DNA of 64,000 nt from Bacteroidota bacterium (GTDB lineage: Bacteria > Bacteroidota > Bacteroidia > Bacteroidales > FEN-979), in NCBI GenBank assembly GCA_026391715.1, contig JAPLDO010000077.1:17736-81735 (forward strand). Direction: 5' to 3'. The notes below the pieces were generated by a model that saw only the letters and a program-made list of their open reading frames with translations, was not told the origin of the DNA and did not search any database. This document shows, in pieces, positions 9,701 to 20,247 of the stretch. Within the stretch, counting starts at the first letter, position 1. Every line of letters starts with the position of its first letter. The position numbers and the translations under genes were made by a program.

Positions 9701-12700
9701 TTCCAAAAGGGGACGCAGTTGCCGTTGACCATCTTGCCACTACCTCCGGACTGCCGGCAGGTTTTCATAACCTAACAGTGCGGGTGAGGGATAGCGTAGG
9801 ATTATGGGGTCTCGCCAGGTCACAATGGATCTATATCAACGAAATCCCTGTGAACATTCAACCGAAAGATCAGCCGAAGCTAGTGGCTGCCGAATATTTC
9901 TTCGACGCCGATCCGGGCTGCGGAAAGGGCAACTCTTTAACTTTCAGTCCAACCGGCGATCTGATTAACCTTTATCGTTATTTGCCGGTAACCGGTTTAT
10001 CAATAGGTTCCCACCGCGCTTATATCAGAGTTAAGGACGAAGCCGGAAAATGGAGCATGTATGCAAATACTTCCTTCAACGTACTCAATACTTTGTGTGT
10101 AACGCCTTCGGTGAATTTCACCAAGGTTCCAACCAACGCGGGGCAACAGGTTACCTATACCAATATTTCAGGAAATCTGACGCCGACATCAACTTATGAA
10201 TGGGATATCGGCAATGACGGGATTGTTGACTACATCACGAAAGACTTTACTCACACTTTCGCAGTTTCCGGAACCTATAACCTCAAACTTACCGTTATCA
10301 ACAGCGATACCTGCAAAGCTTCTATTCTCAAGGAGGTTTATGTAGGTCCGTTGCCGCCGGCTACGATTACCGTTAATGGTAATCCGGTCTTTTGCGATGG
10401 AGATTCCGTTCAACTTGTCGCTTCTCCCGGTTATATTTACAAATGGTGGCCAACGGGAGCAATAACCCAATCCATCTATGCCAAAAATTCCGGAAGTTAT
10501 TACTGCTGGCTTCGGACCGCGACAAATCTGGAAGTTAAATCACAGATTATCGCCGTGGCGCGACATTCTATACCTGTTGTCACCCTGCATAAAATCAATG
10601 CCAGCGGCGGCAACAACAATGGCAGCGCGTGGGTTGATGTTTCGGGTGGCAGCGGGAGCTATACATTCCAGTGGACATCAGGCGCAACAACCTACTATGC
10701 CAATAACCTTGCGCCTGGAAACTACAGCGTGCAGGTGAACGATGGGCATTGCCCGGTGGCGACAAGCTTCACGATCGGAACTCATCCTGTGGTTGCAGGG
10801 AACATCCTGGCGGCAGAGTATTTCTTCGATACCGATCCGGGCGTTGGTTTAGCCACGCCCATGAACATCTCTGCGGCAGATACCGTTGAATATGTGACCG
10901 GGTGCAATGCGACCGGCTTGTCTGCCGGTTACCATATCGTTTATATTCGTGTGAAGGATACTTACAAACGGTGGAGTATTATTAAACAGCAACCGTTCAT
11001 GGTCTTTCCTACGCAGATTGCGTTGCCGCCGGCAAACCAGCCGCCAATTACATCGGGTGAATATTTTGTTGATCTCGACGTCAACAACAAACCTGACCCA
11101 GGCGTTGGCAGCGGCGAACCATTTGCAGTTGTGTCCGGCGATGCTGTTGCGGGTGACTTCGGATACACCGTTGATACGCTTTTTGTGGGATTCCACCATA
11201 TAGCCGCCCGCGTGAGGGATATGAAGGGGCAATGGAGCCATAACCTTCCGGCTCTGTTCTATATCTACGACACCACCTACCGGAATGTGGCGACAACTCA
11301 GCCGCTGCTGACGAATGCGGAATATTTCCTGGACGCCGATCCCGGCGTGGGTAAAGGGACGCCGATCCCGGTTATTGCCGGAGAATTGGTAATCAAGGAT
11401 TTCGGCATTCCGCTGGGAGCAACGCCATTGGGTTCTCATTACGTATATATCCGTGTAAAGGATGCCGGAAAGAAGTGGAGTAATTACGCAAGGGCGGGCT
11501 TTACCGTTTTTGCCTGCACCCAACCCGACGCCAATTTCAGCTTTGTGCCGGGGTGCATAACAACGCCGGTCGCCTTTACCGACTTGTCCACCAATGTTAA
11601 CCCCGCCGCAACTTATGCCTGGGATTTCAACAACGACGGCATTGTTGACGATGTGACACATGGAAGCGTTTCACATCTTTATACCATTCCGGGAGTTTAT
11701 CAGTGCAAACTGAAAATCACCCACAATGTTGCATGCGTTGACAGCGTCATTAAAACGGTGACGTTCCCCTTCGTCCATTTACAGAACGACACGACCATTT
11801 ACACCGATCAGTCAATCGTGCTGGATGGCGGTCCGGGTTATAGCTATCTCTGGAGTACCGGGGCTACCACCCAGACGATCACCGTCAACGGCGCCACAGT
11901 CGGTATCGGATTACACAACTATTCCGTGGTTGTCGCCAACAGTTTGGCGTGTACGGCAACCGACAACATCAACATAACGGTTACTTTGCCGCCTCGCGAC
12001 CTCGTGATAATTTCAGCCTCAATGTACCATGATACAATTCCAATCGCCGGAGATTCGGCAGATATGCATTGCGTTATAAAAAACATCGGAACAATTTCTG
12101 CGGTTGCAAGCGTGGTGCAGTACTTTCTTTCGGCTGATAATATCAAATCTCCGGATGACGCCTATCTCGGTTTCGGAATTGTAAACGCTCTTCCACCCGG
12201 CGCTTCTGAAGCTGTCACCACGAGGCAATTTGTTCCAGGCGGACCACTCGGACAGATTTGGTACATAATTTTCGTTGCCGATGGCGCAGGCGTCGTAGTT
12301 GAAAACAATGAGGGAAACAACGTAAAACCAGTTCCCTTCTACTACGGACAGCAAACCGTTCCTGAAAATTTATCAGTTGCCGATCAGATTATTGCTTTAG
12401 GTCAGACGAGGTGTTACAATGCGCTTCAAACAATAACTGTGGCAGGGTTATCAATGTTCCAGGTGCAGTTGGGAGGCAGCGCCACCTTTATCGCCGGATT
12501 GAAAATCAGGTTTTTGCCAGGAGTAAGAGTGTTTTCGGGAGGTTATATGCACGGTTATATCACTACCACCGGGCAATATTGTATTCCGGGTCCTGTTATT
12601 AATCCATTGACTGCGTCTGATTCTTCAACAGTAAAAGGCGATTTCACCGGGATTGAGAATGACCTTGAACCGCCCGGAAGCAGGTTTTGTTACATTTACC

Positions 12701-12924
12701 CAAACCCGACAAGCGGTGAGTTCAATCTGGTTTTATCTTCCAATAATCGCGAATGGCCTGTGAATGTGCGGATTTATAATGCTTACGGCGCGTTGGTAAA
12801 AGAGACCATTCTCGGCAAAGGCAGATCATATCCGTTTTCATTGGCTGAACAAAAACCCGGGATTTATTTCCTGCACATCAGACATGGAGATATTACCGAA
12901 ATGGAAAAGGTGATCAGGTTCTGA
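6745..12924 (+). CDS. giant (2059 aa) modular cell-surface protein with PKD-like domains and a T9SS C-terminal sorting domain
   Basis: Signal peptide. 11 copies of a roughly 95-aa module opening AEYF.D.DPG.G. Four PKD-like segments (e.g. YEWDVNGDGVIDY...ARLTVRNTTNC). The C-terminal YPNPTSGEFNLV...GIYFLHIRHG resembles a T9SS type A sorting domain. Confidence 0.85.
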   Translation: MMKNRILRVLTLLLLAAVTSHAQVLTQAEYFVDVDPGVGLATPIAMAPGETVIGNFSIPLSGLPPGFHWVYVRTRDVGKRWSIAMPTKFYIFSPQPEPAILPRYFPITKAEFFYDADPGEGLGFPLPLIRGDTVVVDRYLRAVGLDTGYHYLYVRAMDQMNLWGLAKRIRFHVDTALCSYPIANFTFDTVTYGTPCHFTDMSTNTVSGATYRWEIYAHDTVIYTTKNVVHTFTSPGYYKVKMTVTNSVGCTASILRDVMTGPLPLTNLLIAGSTSLCKGDSVILSSNNYEAGTRYDWSNCGTTRAITVKSEGSYYCWVTNPYGVSLKSETVFVHVHDVPAVALTSFNATGGHSNGSAWADITSGTGAYVVNWSTGATGNVLNGLAPGSYTVTVTDGNCPVVKEFTIINTAVQQGDIVAAEYFIDSDPGQGNGIPINIWSGDTVDYKFTVPIIGLQEGYHHLYIRTKDTRGIWGIDKWHKIFVDPPGPPPRPPLQPPITKAEYFINTDPGVGKGINIPIIPGDVVNHDFYINTYGMSTGFYNLYIRTRDAKGKWGQYAMTPFYIYDSQRHDLTKNYKYIAGVEYFYDVDPGVRNCSIVKSNIYETIDLTRDIRIGALTPGLHRVYLRPFDEKGITGLWKRIDFTVLNVTCTCPTVDFGVDTVNVLGNPTHFIDKSAGVSPGALYEWDVNGDGVIDYNTPNVNHVYPQYGLYNARLTVRNTTNCYASMTRQVVVSPVIDTSLTIAGNTTFCDGNSVILTAKPGYTYNWSSDEITQSITITRSGDYSVRLTNVFGVQGFSRKIHVTVYPVPTVNIVAINANVGKPNGTAICNVTGGTGNYSYLWSTGENKSIINNLAAGNYSVTVNDGRCPVISEFTIGSDPLFPGDIVKAEYFFDADPGVGNATAMNIAGGASIYYATLIPVGGLMPGYHQLFVRAADTYNRWSIIKWERFIVNALLPPLAVNRPPLVKGEYFYDQDPGVGNGTPVAFPKGDAVAVDHLATTSGLPAGFHNLTVRVRDSVGLWGLARSQWIYINEIPVNIQPKDQPKLVAAEYFFDADPGCGKGNSLTFSPTGDLINLYRYLPVTGLSIGSHRAYIRVKDEAGKWSMYANTSFNVLNTLCVTPSVNFTKVPTNAGQQVTYTNISGNLTPTSTYEWDIGNDGIVDYITKDFTHTFAVSGTYNLKLTVINSDTCKASILKEVYVGPLPPATITVNGNPVFCDGDSVQLVASPGYIYKWWPTGAITQSIYAKNSGSYYCWLRTATNLEVKSQIIAVARHSIPVVTLHKINASGGNNNGSAWVDVSGGSGSYTFQWTSGATTYYANNLAPGNYSVQVNDGHCPVATSFTIGTHPVVAGNILAAEYFFDTDPGVGLATPMNISAADTVEYVTGCNATGLSAGYHIVYIRVKDTYKRWSIIKQQPFMVFPTQIALPPANQPPITSGEYFVDLDVNNKPDPGVGSGEPFAVVSGDAVAGDFGYTVDTLFVGFHHIAARVRDMKGQWSHNLPALFYIYDTTYRNVATTQPLLTNAEYFLDADPGVGKGTPIPVIAGELVIKDFGIPLGATPLGSHYVYIRVKDAGKKWSNYARAGFTVFACTQPDANFSFVPGCITTPVAFTDLSTNVNPAATYAWDFNNDGIVDDVTHGSVSHLYTIPGVYQCKLKITHNVACVDSVIKTVTFPFVHLQNDTTIYTDQSIVLDGGPGYSYLWSTGATTQTITVNGATVGIGLHNYSVVVANSLACTATDNINITVTLPPRDLVIISASMYHDTIPIAGDSADMHCVIKNIGTISAVASVVQYFLSADNIKSPDDAYLGFGIVNALPPGASEAVTTRQFVPGGPLGQIWYIIFVADGAGVVVENNEGNNVKPVPFYYGQQTVPENLSVADQIIALGQTRCYNALQTITVAGLSMFQVQLGGSATFIAGLKIRFLPGVRVFSGGYMHGYITTTGQYCIPGPVINPLTASDSSTVKGDFTGIENDLEPPGSRFCYIYPNPTSGEFNLVLSSNNREWPVNVRIYNAYGALVKETILGKGRSYPFSLAEQKPGIYFLHIRHGDITEMEKVIRF

Positions 12925-12943
12925 GCGCTGAATTAATATGAAA

Positions 12944-12976
12944 AGCAGGTTCTGAAAGGGACCTGCTTTTTTTTTG
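12944..12976 (+). terminator. Rho-independent terminator after the giant surface-protein gene
   Basis: Stem agcaggt (12944-12950) / acctgct (12961-12967) with a 10-nt loop, followed by a run of T. It lies 20 nt after the stop. Confidence 0.6.
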
Positions 12977-12977
12977 G

Positions 12978-13134
12978 TTTATCCTTGAAATAAAGTACTC
13001 GGGGGAAACAATTTTATATCTCAACCACCTTCATACTCTCCTCCCCAAACTGCGAAATCATCCTGACCGCGATTTTCTGACCTCTCTTTTTGATTTCGAT
13101 CGGATGTGAAATGTGGCCATACAACCGGTCGAAA
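12978..13134. repeat. direct repeat copy A (3' end of mod plus its downstream flank), partner at 20081-20238
   Basis: By-eye alignment gives roughly 85-90 percent identity over about 157 nt, including the noncoding tttatccttgaaataaa lead-in. Confidence 0.8.
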
Positions 13135-15584
13135 GCCTCTTCGTCAATTTCGATGTGCAGGGTTTTTTCGGCTTTCTTCCGGGCGTCCTGTTTGGCGGCT
13201 TCGCCGAGTCCTTTCCGCCATTTGTCGAATTCATGGGCGTCGCCGCCACAGAAAAAGATCTGTTTCACGATGAAGTTGCTTCCGTCGTAATCATCGTCAA
13301 TCATCCAGTAGGCAATGTCGTGGATGTTGCGGGGTTTCACCTCGTCTTTGATTGGATCGTAAATATCGAGACCCTGGATCTCCACCGAAACGGTATTCCC
13401 GCTTTTGTGGATGGCAATATCGGGTTCGCCGATGGTGACAAAGCTGGCCGCCGATTTTGCCGGTTTCTTTTTCAAGCCTTCCTGCAACAGATCGTCGTGG
13501 ATTCGCGCTTTGGTCACTTCAAACGCGCCCACGCTGGTGGTTTGCAAACCACCGGAAATGTCGCTCTCGAAACTGAAACCGAGGATCACCAGCCAATCGG
13601 CATCGCCCCGGTTGCGGCACTCTTTGATGGCGTTGTTCACCGAATTCCGGCTCACCGTCCCGAATTTCGGCCCGATGTGGAAATAGGCTTTGGCTTCGCC
13701 TTTGGCGGTCTGGTAAAACCCTTCGGCATGAAGTTCGGTATGGCCCAGCAATTCGATGCGGGTAAAAACCACATGTTCATCTTTACGCCCGTTCTTCACC
13801 CCCGCGCTGATCAGGTGCTGCCTGATCACCTCCTCAAACGCCCCTTCGGCTTCGTTCACGCGGATTTCGTCGTCCAACTCTTCCGGGCTTACCGGCTCAA
13901 AGTTCTGCAAAGTCTCCACCGTGAACGGGCCGCTCACCCTAAGTTTGCCCCGGTCAACTTCCGGCTGGTCGTAAAGCGTTTCGGTGGCGGGCGGTTCGTC
14001 GTTGGCAAGGCTTTTCAGGGTGATGTGCGGAACCGTTTTGTAAACAAAGCCCTGCCGGATGTCTTCGCCCTTTTCATCGTAAAGTTTGTAGAACGGAAAA
14101 GTGGCCGTCATCAGCCGCTGTTTGGCAATATTGACCGCGATCCGGCTGGTATCAATGGTGATCCAGCGGCGTCCCCATTGTTCTGCCACGTAAGCGGTGG
14201 TGCCGCTGCCACAGGTTGGGTCGAGGATGAGGTCGCCGGGGTCGGTGGTCATTAAAAGGCAGCGTTGGATAACATAATTGGAAGTTTGTACGACATATTC
14301 TTTACCTTGAGCTGGGGAGGTGTCATCCCAGAAATTATTTATTTTGGAATATGGAAAATCATCATGATAATAGATATAGCTTAAATTATCGCCTTCTACT
14401 TCTAACCTGTCTTTGGTTGCAAGTATGCTCATTTTATCCTTGGAAGTCACCCAACACCCACCTTTTGGGGGAATAAAACTTTTATTTTTAAAATTGAACT
14501 CATATACGTTTGCTTCAGAAAATGAAGGGGCTCGTTGAGAAACGAGGCGATAGACTTTACTCCCTTTGGGTAAGAGGAGAATGTTGTCTCCTTCTTCTTT
14601 GGTTAGTTTTCTTCTTAATCCATCAGATAATTCTAAGTTTGTCCATCGTGACTCAATTTTAGGTTGGGTTTCTTTATACAAAGCTCTGTATTTGATTTTT
14701 TCACCATTCTTTGAATACCAGACAAGAAAATCACACATTCCTTCGAGAGTTACCGACCCTAAAGGCATCAGTTTTTTTCTAAACGGAATCAAGCTCACAA
14801 AATTCTCGCTCCCAAACACCTCGTCCATCACGCTTCTCACGAGGTGCACGTTTTCATCGCTGATCTGCACGAAGCACGAACCGCTTTCGGTGAGCAGCTC
14901 TTTGGCGATCAGCAAACGGTCGCGCAGATAGGAGAGGTAGGAGTGGATGCCCAGTTCCCAGGTGTCGCGGAAGGCTTTGATTTGTTCCGGTTCGCCGGTG
15001 AGCGCTTCGTCGCTGCCATCTTTCACGTCGCGGTTGTTCATTTTGATCTGCCAGTTTCCGCCGTATTTGATCCCATAAGGCGGGTCGAAATAGATGGTTT
15101 GCACTTTGCCTGCCATCCCTTCGCGTTCCAGCAAACTTGCCATCACCAGATGGCTGTCACCCTGGATGAGGCGGTTGGTCCAGCCATCCTGGTGGCGGTA
15201 ATATTCGCCAACCTTTTCCAGTTCGTCTTTTTCAAGGGCATTGCCAAAAATGGTGTTCATGTCGAAAAGCCCTAACTGGTCGCTTTTCGTTTCGGCGATT
15301 TTATAGAGGTTCTTGATGAGCCTTTCCGGCGCGATGTGCTCATGGCGGTACAGGCTGCGGATGTCCACGCGCAAAAGGTCGTCGCGGTCGTCGTTCCCGT
15401 ATTTGTTCAGCCAGAACAGTTCCGGATCCTGGCCGCGGTGTGTCACCGGGTTTTTAGGCAAATCCAAAACCTTATGGCCCGATTTTACATTCTCGTTTGC
15501 CTCTTCGTAACCAGCCTCTTCCCTGCTGGGGATGTGGGCGCGGGTGTCGTTGGTGTGCTTGATGCTGTCGATGCTTTTTGCCAT
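13014..15584 (-). CDS. mod: type III restriction-modification Mod subunit (N6-adenine DNA methyltransferase, beta-class motif order) with a long C-terminal extension
   Basis: Motif [10 protein letters not shown] lies upstream of motif [16 protein letters not shown], with a roughly 200-aa variable region between them. The ORF track start is 15650; the internal ATG at 15584 avoids overlap with the NYN gene. Confidence 0.85.
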   Translation of the reverse strand: MAKSIDSIKHTNDTRAHIPSREEAGYEEANENVKSGHKVLDLPKNPVTHRGQDPELFWLNKYGNDDRDDLLRVDIRSLYRHEHIAPERLIKNLYKIAETKSDQLGLFDMNTIFGNALEKDELEKVGEYYRHQDGWTNRLIQGDSHLVMASLLEREGMAGKVQTIYFDPPYGIKYGGNWQIKMNNRDVKDGSDEALTGEPEQIKAFRDTWELGIHSYLSYLRDRLLIAKELLTESGSCFVQISDENVHLVRSVMDEVFGSENFVSLIPFRKKLMPLGSVTLEGMCDFLVWYSKNGEKIKYRALYKETQPKIESRWTNLELSDGLRRKLTKEEGDNILLLPKGSKVYRLVSQRAPSFSEANVYEFNFKNKSFIPPKGGCWVTSKDKMSILATKDRLEVEGDNLSYIYYHDDFPYSKINNFWDDTSPAQGKEYVVQTSNYVIQRCLLMTTDPGDLILDPTCGSGTTAYVAEQWGRRWITIDTSRIAVNIAKQRLMTATFPFYKLYDEKGEDIRQGFVYKTVPHITLKSLANDEPPATETLYDQPEVDRGKLRVSGPFTVETLQNFEPVSPEELDDEIRVNEAEGAFEEVIRQHLISAGVKNGRKDEHVVFTRIELLGHTELHAEGFYQTAKGEAKAYFHIGPKFGTVSRNSVNNAIKECRNRGDADWLVILGFSFESDISGGLQTTSVGAFEVTKARIHDDLLQEGLKKKPAKSAASFVTIGEPDIAIHKSGNTVSVEIQGLDIYDPIKDEVKPRNIHDIAYWMIDDDYDGSNFIVKQIFFCGGDAHEFDKWRKGLGEAAKQDARKKAEKTLHIEIDEEAFDRLYGHISHPIEIKKRGQKIAVRMISQFGEESMKVVEI

Positions 15585-15597
15585 GAATATTCGGTTT

Positions 15598-16224
15598 TTA
15601 TTTCGTATCAGAGTGATTCCACTTTGAAGGCCGATGGAGAACATGTCCATCTTTCTTGATTATTTCGTCGGGGAATAGGCTGTCTTTCAATTTTTTTCGA
15701 CCAATTGTAAAGGAAGCATTGGCAGCATTTTGTAATTCAAATGAAAAACGGGAAGGTGGAAATGCAATCACAATCTGCTTTTCCGGGAATAATTTCCTGA
15801 TGTGTTTGATGGTTCCTATCAGATCGCTATCCGCTGAGATCAGGATGGCAACATCAAAACTGTTTAGAAATGCATCAGCAAGCATCTCTACGGCGATATT
15901 GACATCGGTCATTTTTTCATTAGGCCGCATCATTACGTGGCCACATTTATTACAAGTAAGGCTGTTTGTCTGGTACTTCCCGTAGAACACCTTTAATTCA
16001 GGTATGGTTTCCAACGCCTCAATATATGTAGTTTGTCGTTGAGCTTTATCGGGTGGCAAAGAGATACGGGAAGTAAAATACTTGACCCGATGCAAGGATT
16101 GACATGGCTTTAACAAATTTGTGGCAAGTCTGAAGAGGTTGAGCCAATAATAACGTTTCCATCCCTTCTCTTTCAATCCGAAATAGAGATTGAAACCATC
16201 AATATACGTTATAACTTTCTGCAT
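15598..16224 (-). CDS. NYN/LabA-like (PIN-fold) domain protein, predicted nuclease
   Basis: 208 aa. N-terminus [10 protein letters not shown], central DVNIAVEML and ILISADSDL acidic motifs typical of NYN domains, and a CNKCGH insert. It lies between res and mod. Confidence 0.75.
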   Translation of the reverse strand: MQKVITYIDGFNLYFGLKEKGWKRYYWLNLFRLATNLLKPCQSLHRVKYFTSRISLPPDKAQRQTTYIEALETIPELKVFYGKYQTNSLTCNKCGHVMMRPNEKMTDVNIAVEMLADAFLNSFDVAILISADSDLIGTIKHIRKLFPEKQIVIAFPPSRFSFELQNAANASFTIGRKKLKDSLFPDEIIKKDGHVLHRPSKWNHSDTK

Positions 16225-16333
16225 AAAAATTTGGAATATTTGTCAATTATGCCTTATCTTTGTTGTTCAATTAACAGCGCCGCAGATAGCATCTGCGGTT
16301 TGACGATCCCGGCCCTTGGTCGGGACGTTTATT

Positions 16334-19300
16334 TTAAAGGCTGTTGATTTCATCCGCCAACTGGTTTTTTATGTTTCGGATATCGTTGGCAATCTCGATG
16401 AAATGCCATTCCGGATATTGAAACTTCTCCTTCATGGCATTCACCGCAGGTATCCAGCGGTTCTCCACGAACCATTTTTTTTCCTCCTTATCAGTGTTGA
16501 TACCGCTGATCTCAATCATCAGGTTTTTGATGGCGCCGTCCCTGCCTCTGCACCTGGCGATGAAATCGGGGAAGTAATTCCTCTCCTTTCCCTCTTTTAC
16601 ATAAGGAACGGCAAACCCTAAAAACTGGTTTTTCACATAGCTGACCACCTGGGGCAGTTCCTCCAGCGCCTTGGCAGCAATTCCCTCCCAACCACTGTCC
16701 ATGACCACGTAGTTGACGTGGCTTTTCCGGGTAGGATAAACCTCTTTGATGGTATTTCCATTCACATATTTCGTGCTGCCGAATCGGTTGTAATAGTTGA
16801 ACACGGGGCGGATATGTTCCGAAGTGTTGATTTGGGGGTTAATGCCCCGTGCGATATGGTCAACCAGTTTTTTGGGTTCCTCGAAAAACAGGAGGCGCTT
16901 GTATCGCTGATCTTCGATGTTGAGCAAAACTACTTTTGTTTGGTACCAGTCGGTCACGATGGATTTCAGCTTGTTGAACTTCTGGAAATTGGGGTTTCCT
17001 TCATCATCGGAGAAGTGAAACTTTATCAATTCTTTGGTGAGCCGGAAAATGATCTCCTGGTCGCGTTTTTCAAGCACCGATTGTATCCGGATGCTGATCT
17101 CTTCAGGGGAAAAGGCGCTGGCGAGTTGTGTTTCAATGGGGGTGGTGTCGCCCCGGATCTCATAGTTTTCAATTCCGCTGAAATCATATTTGATGGGGCC
17201 ATCGTAATTTTCAATCCGGTAGCCCACCACATTGGGGAATTCGATCTCCATGGTTTCCTGGCGTTCGCGCATGGCGGCAATGTGGATCAAATCAACAGGC
17301 GGAGGGGGCGTTTCGGTTTTTCCCCCTTTGAACATTTTAAATGGAACTCCAATGATATGGGCGTATTCCGGCGGAAATTTATAGACGACGGTTTTTCGCT
17401 TATCTTCCGTGGGATTTCCCTCCTTGTTGTAACCCTGGAGGAAGTAGTTCATCCGGCGAAGGGCACGCCCGGCTACCTGCTCGCACAACAGTTGCGATCC
17501 AAATGCCCGAAGTCCCATGATGTGCGTAACCGTATTGGCATCCCAGCCTTCGGTGAGCATGGAGACGGAGACCACGCATCGGATGTGGGAGCCCAGCCGG
17601 TTGGGCTTGCCCACGGTATTCACCACCTCCCTTAATATTTCAGCATCGGTGATCCTTTCGATGCTGCCTTGCCCATGAAGCCTCGCGTAGTCCTTTTTGA
17701 ATTCTTCAATTTCCGATGAAAAAATTTTCTTGAAATCATCGTTGATCTGGTCGCTATCTTCAAGTGCATCGCTGTCTATCAACAAGGTTGGCGGCCTTTT
17801 CACCGGCTTTTTGGTTACCGGGTCATAATTGCTGAACAGATCCTTGGCGCCTGAAACGGTTACCAGTTGTCCAGTCTCATCGGGATACTCATAACCGGCA
17901 ATATATTTATAAACCTCCTTGGAAACAGAGGTATTGTTGCAGACCAAAATAAAGACCGGTGGCGAGGAGAACAGATTTGTTTTTTCCTCCTGGTTTTTTC
18001 TGACGCCTTGATAATAATCGACATAGTGCCCATAAAATTGATCCAGGGCCGATTTCACCAAGGAAGGCAATCGGGGAGGCAACTCTTTTACTTTTTGTCC
18101 CTCTTTGGCCGCTTCCGATTTTTGTTTTTTCTGGCCTTTCCGGGGCAATTCATCTTTCACATGGTCATATAAATTTCTCAGGACTGGCATTGACAGTTCC
18201 TGCGTATTGTCGCTTTCGGGCAGAAACGGGATTTTCACCAACCCGGCTTCAATGGCCTCGATCAGGCCAAAGTCAATAACAACCCAAGGAAAAAGACTAT
18301 AAGGCGGGTAGCCGGAACCGGTCAGATAGTAAGGGGTTGCCGACAGATCGTAGATGTTCTGAAGTTTGAACCGCCTGGAAAGTTCTTTTATGCCCGTAAA
18401 CCAAACAGCGGCCCGTTGGTTTTCGTCGGCCTCTTCATTGTCAGAGGTTTTCCCTTTTGATTTAGGAAGATAGCAATGATGTGCCTCATCGTTCATCAGC
18501 AATAATCTTGTTCCGGATTTGAATTTGCTCAAAGAACGTTTGATCACCTGCGCAAAATCTTCCAAATTCCCGGTTTCTGCTTTCCTGCCCTGAAGATCAA
18601 CTTTTCCATCGAAAGGGCTTCGTTTGTTACCTTTCAGTGTTTTTGGTTCAAAGGTGTGATAGTTGGTGATGATCAAACGGGCGTTCAGGTTTTCCAGCCG
18701 GTGTTCAAGTTTTTGGGGAACAAGCGCCCGGATGTGATAATAGTCTTGTATGTCGGCAGGATTCTTTGTTTTGGTATCCACGAATAAAACCCCGAGCCGG
18801 TCTTTGATGGTGACGCCGGGGGTCACGATCAGAAAATAGTCGGCAAACCGTATGTCGTTCCGGTATTCCTGCCTGTTGAAATAGTGATAGAGGATGAAAC
18901 AAGCCATCACGACAGTTTTTCCTGAGCCGGTGGCCATTTTGAAAGCGATCCGGGGCAATTGGTCAGATGCGTCAAAGCCCGCTGTTTTCTGGCCTTCCCT
19001 GAGCTTATTCAGGATATTCTGGCCCGCGTTTGATTTTTCGGCGACCTCATTGAGCCACACGGCGGTTTCTACGGCTTCACGTTGGGCGAAAAAGAGTTGT
19101 TGGGTGGCATGGCGTTCCGGGTTTACGAACCAAAAAAGGAGAAGTTCACGGGTAACCCTGGTTGTATTCGGATAATTGTCATTCCTCCATTTTCCCACCT
19201 CTTTGCGACAAAGGTTGATCAGATGGTTTCCATATTCTTCGGCAAAATCATTGATTTCCAAAAGATTTGCCTGCGGGTCTTTTTGTCTGGTTGGAATTGC

Positions 19301-19450
19301 CTGTCCTTCGCTGTCGGGGTCGAATACCCGTCGGCCCGGAATAATTCTGGTATAATCCAACGAACCTTTTTCAACACCGGTTGCGATGGTTGCATAATGA
19401 AATTTTGGCTCGTCATACGGGCTGTTCAGGATGGGATTTTCTGGACTCAT
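16334..19450 (-). CDS. res: type III restriction enzyme Res subunit (SF2 helicase plus C-terminal PD-(D/E)xK nuclease)
   Basis: Walker [13 protein letters not shown] box [10 protein letters not shown], helicase motif VI-like QVAGRALRR, and the C-terminal YFPDFIAR...LMIEISG nuclease core. The ORF track start is 19498; Met at 19450 ([12 protein letters not shown]) is more likely. Confidence 0.85.
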   Translation of the reverse strand: MSPENPILNSPYDEPKFHYATIATGVEKGSLDYTRIIPGRRVFDPDSEGQAIPTRQKDPQANLLEINDFAEEYGNHLINLCRKEVGKWRNDNYPNTTRVTRELLLFWFVNPERHATQQLFFAQREAVETAVWLNEVAEKSNAGQNILNKLREGQKTAGFDASDQLPRIAFKMATGSGKTVVMACFILYHYFNRQEYRNDIRFADYFLIVTPGVTIKDRLGVLFVDTKTKNPADIQDYYHIRALVPQKLEHRLENLNARLIITNYHTFEPKTLKGNKRSPFDGKVDLQGRKAETGNLEDFAQVIKRSLSKFKSGTRLLLMNDEAHHCYLPKSKGKTSDNEEADENQRAAVWFTGIKELSRRFKLQNIYDLSATPYYLTGSGYPPYSLFPWVVIDFGLIEAIEAGLVKIPFLPESDNTQELSMPVLRNLYDHVKDELPRKGQKKQKSEAAKEGQKVKELPPRLPSLVKSALDQFYGHYVDYYQGVRKNQEEKTNLFSSPPVFILVCNNTSVSKEVYKYIAGYEYPDETGQLVTVSGAKDLFSNYDPVTKKPVKRPPTLLIDSDALEDSDQINDDFKKIFSSEIEEFKKDYARLHGQGSIERITDAEILREVVNTVGKPNRLGSHIRCVVSVSMLTEGWDANTVTHIMGLRAFGSQLLCEQVAGRALRRMNYFLQGYNKEGNPTEDKRKTVVYKFPPEYAHIIGVPFKMFKGGKTETPPPPVDLIHIAAMRERQETMEIEFPNVVGYRIENYDGPIKYDFSGIENYEIRGDTTPIETQLASAFSPEEISIRIQSVLEKRDQEIIFRLTKELIKFHFSDDEGNPNFQKFNKLKSIVTDWYQTKVVLLNIEDQRYKRLLFFEEPKKLVDHIARGINPQINTSEHIRPVFNYYNRFGSTKYVNGNTIKEVYPTRKSHVNYVVMDSGWEGIAAKALEELPQVVSYVKNQFLGFAVPYVKEGKERNYFPDFIARCRGRDGAIKNLMIEISGINTDKEEKKWFVENRWIPAVNAMKEKFQYPEWHFIEIANDIRNIKNQLADEINSL

Positions 19451-19523
19451 GGATGGAAAAAGGCCAAAGTTAATCTTATTTCTATAATAGAAACACAACA
19501 GATGATTACCCCCTTGACCTCCT

Positions 19524-19832
19524 TCACCTTGCTTCTCTTACGCTATCTATATCTTTCTTGTTGTTAAACAGATAGACCAAGTAGATTCTTTGTCCGGACA
19601 ATTCATAAAATATTGTTGTTTGCTTACTTAGGACTGCTTTTCTTAACCTTGGATTGTATTCAGAAACGGGAAACAATTTGGGATTTGACACGATCAGATC
19701 CAACTGTTTGGCTAATTTGCGTTTGAAATTGTTTACTTCCTTTTGCGACCAATTTGTGGAAAGATACTCAAAAATAGATTCAAGATTATCTATGGACTCA
19801 TTGGACCAATAAATTTCGAAATCAGAGTCCAT
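19524..19832 (-). CDS. RelE/ParE-family type II toxin
   Basis: 102 aa, with the size and C-terminal pattern of ParE-like toxins. It overlaps the upstream 75-aa ORF by 11 nt. Confidence 0.7.
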   Translation of the reverse strand: MDSDFEIYWSNESIDNLESIFEYLSTNWSQKEVNNFKRKLAKQLDLIVSNPKLFPVSEYNPRLRKAVLSKQTTIFYELSGQRIYLVYLFNNKKDIDSVREAR

Positions 19833-20049
19833 ACTTCAACTTGACGTCCATGTGAGATATCGCCCGCCCATTTTTAATATCCTGCAAACCTCTTTTTATG
19901 CCCGATTTTTGTTGAGCCGTCAGATCATTCCACCAATCTTCATGAACATTGCAAGATTCTTTAACCACTTTGAGATAATCCAAAGTATCATCATCCTCTA
20001 GTTTGGTGAGCCATTCGATCAATTCGAGTTTTATTGCTTCGTGTCCCAT
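19822..20049 (-). CDS. putative addiction-module antitoxin
   Basis: 75-aa acidic protein (LELIEWLTKLEDDDTLDYL) translationally coupled to the ParE-like ORF. Confidence 0.55.
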   Translation of the reverse strand: MGHEAIKLELIEWLTKLEDDDTLDYLKVVKESCNVHEDWWNDLTAQQKSGIKRGLQDIKNGRAISHMDVKLKYGL

Positions 20050-20080
20050 AGTTGCAGATTTGTTTTAACAAAATTACGTG

Positions 20081-20238
20081 TTTATCCTTGAAATAAAATA
20101 CTCCGGCGGAAACAAATTTATATCTCAACCACTTTCGTGCTATCCTCTCCAAACTAAGAAATCATCCTCACCGTGACTTTCTGACCTCGCTTTTTGATTT
20201 CGATCGGATGTGAAATGTGGTCATACATCCGGTCGAAA
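20081..20238 (-). pseudogene. remnant of the 3' end of a second, related type III mod gene (direct repeat copy B)
   Basis: Aligns to 12978-13134, including the stop-codon region and downstream flank. No intact ORF. Confidence 0.65.
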
Positions 20239-20247
20239 TTCAATTTA

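Noticed and set aside
10849-11661. 270-aa minus-strand ORF (and several 60-150-aa ORFs) inside the 2059-aa surface-protein gene
   Set aside because: It is antisense to a continuous 6.2-kb frame with clear domain repeats, and it has no start context or motifs.
13113-14255. 380-aa + strand ORF (with 14844..15275 and 15336..15659) inside the mod gene
   Set aside because: These are antisense shadow ORFs typical of GC-richer coding sequence. They are Gly/Val/Phe-rich low-complexity translations, whereas the minus frame carries clear methyltransferase motifs.
16718-17635. 305-aa + strand ORF inside res
   Set aside because: It is an antisense shadow of the Res helicase gene with no motifs.
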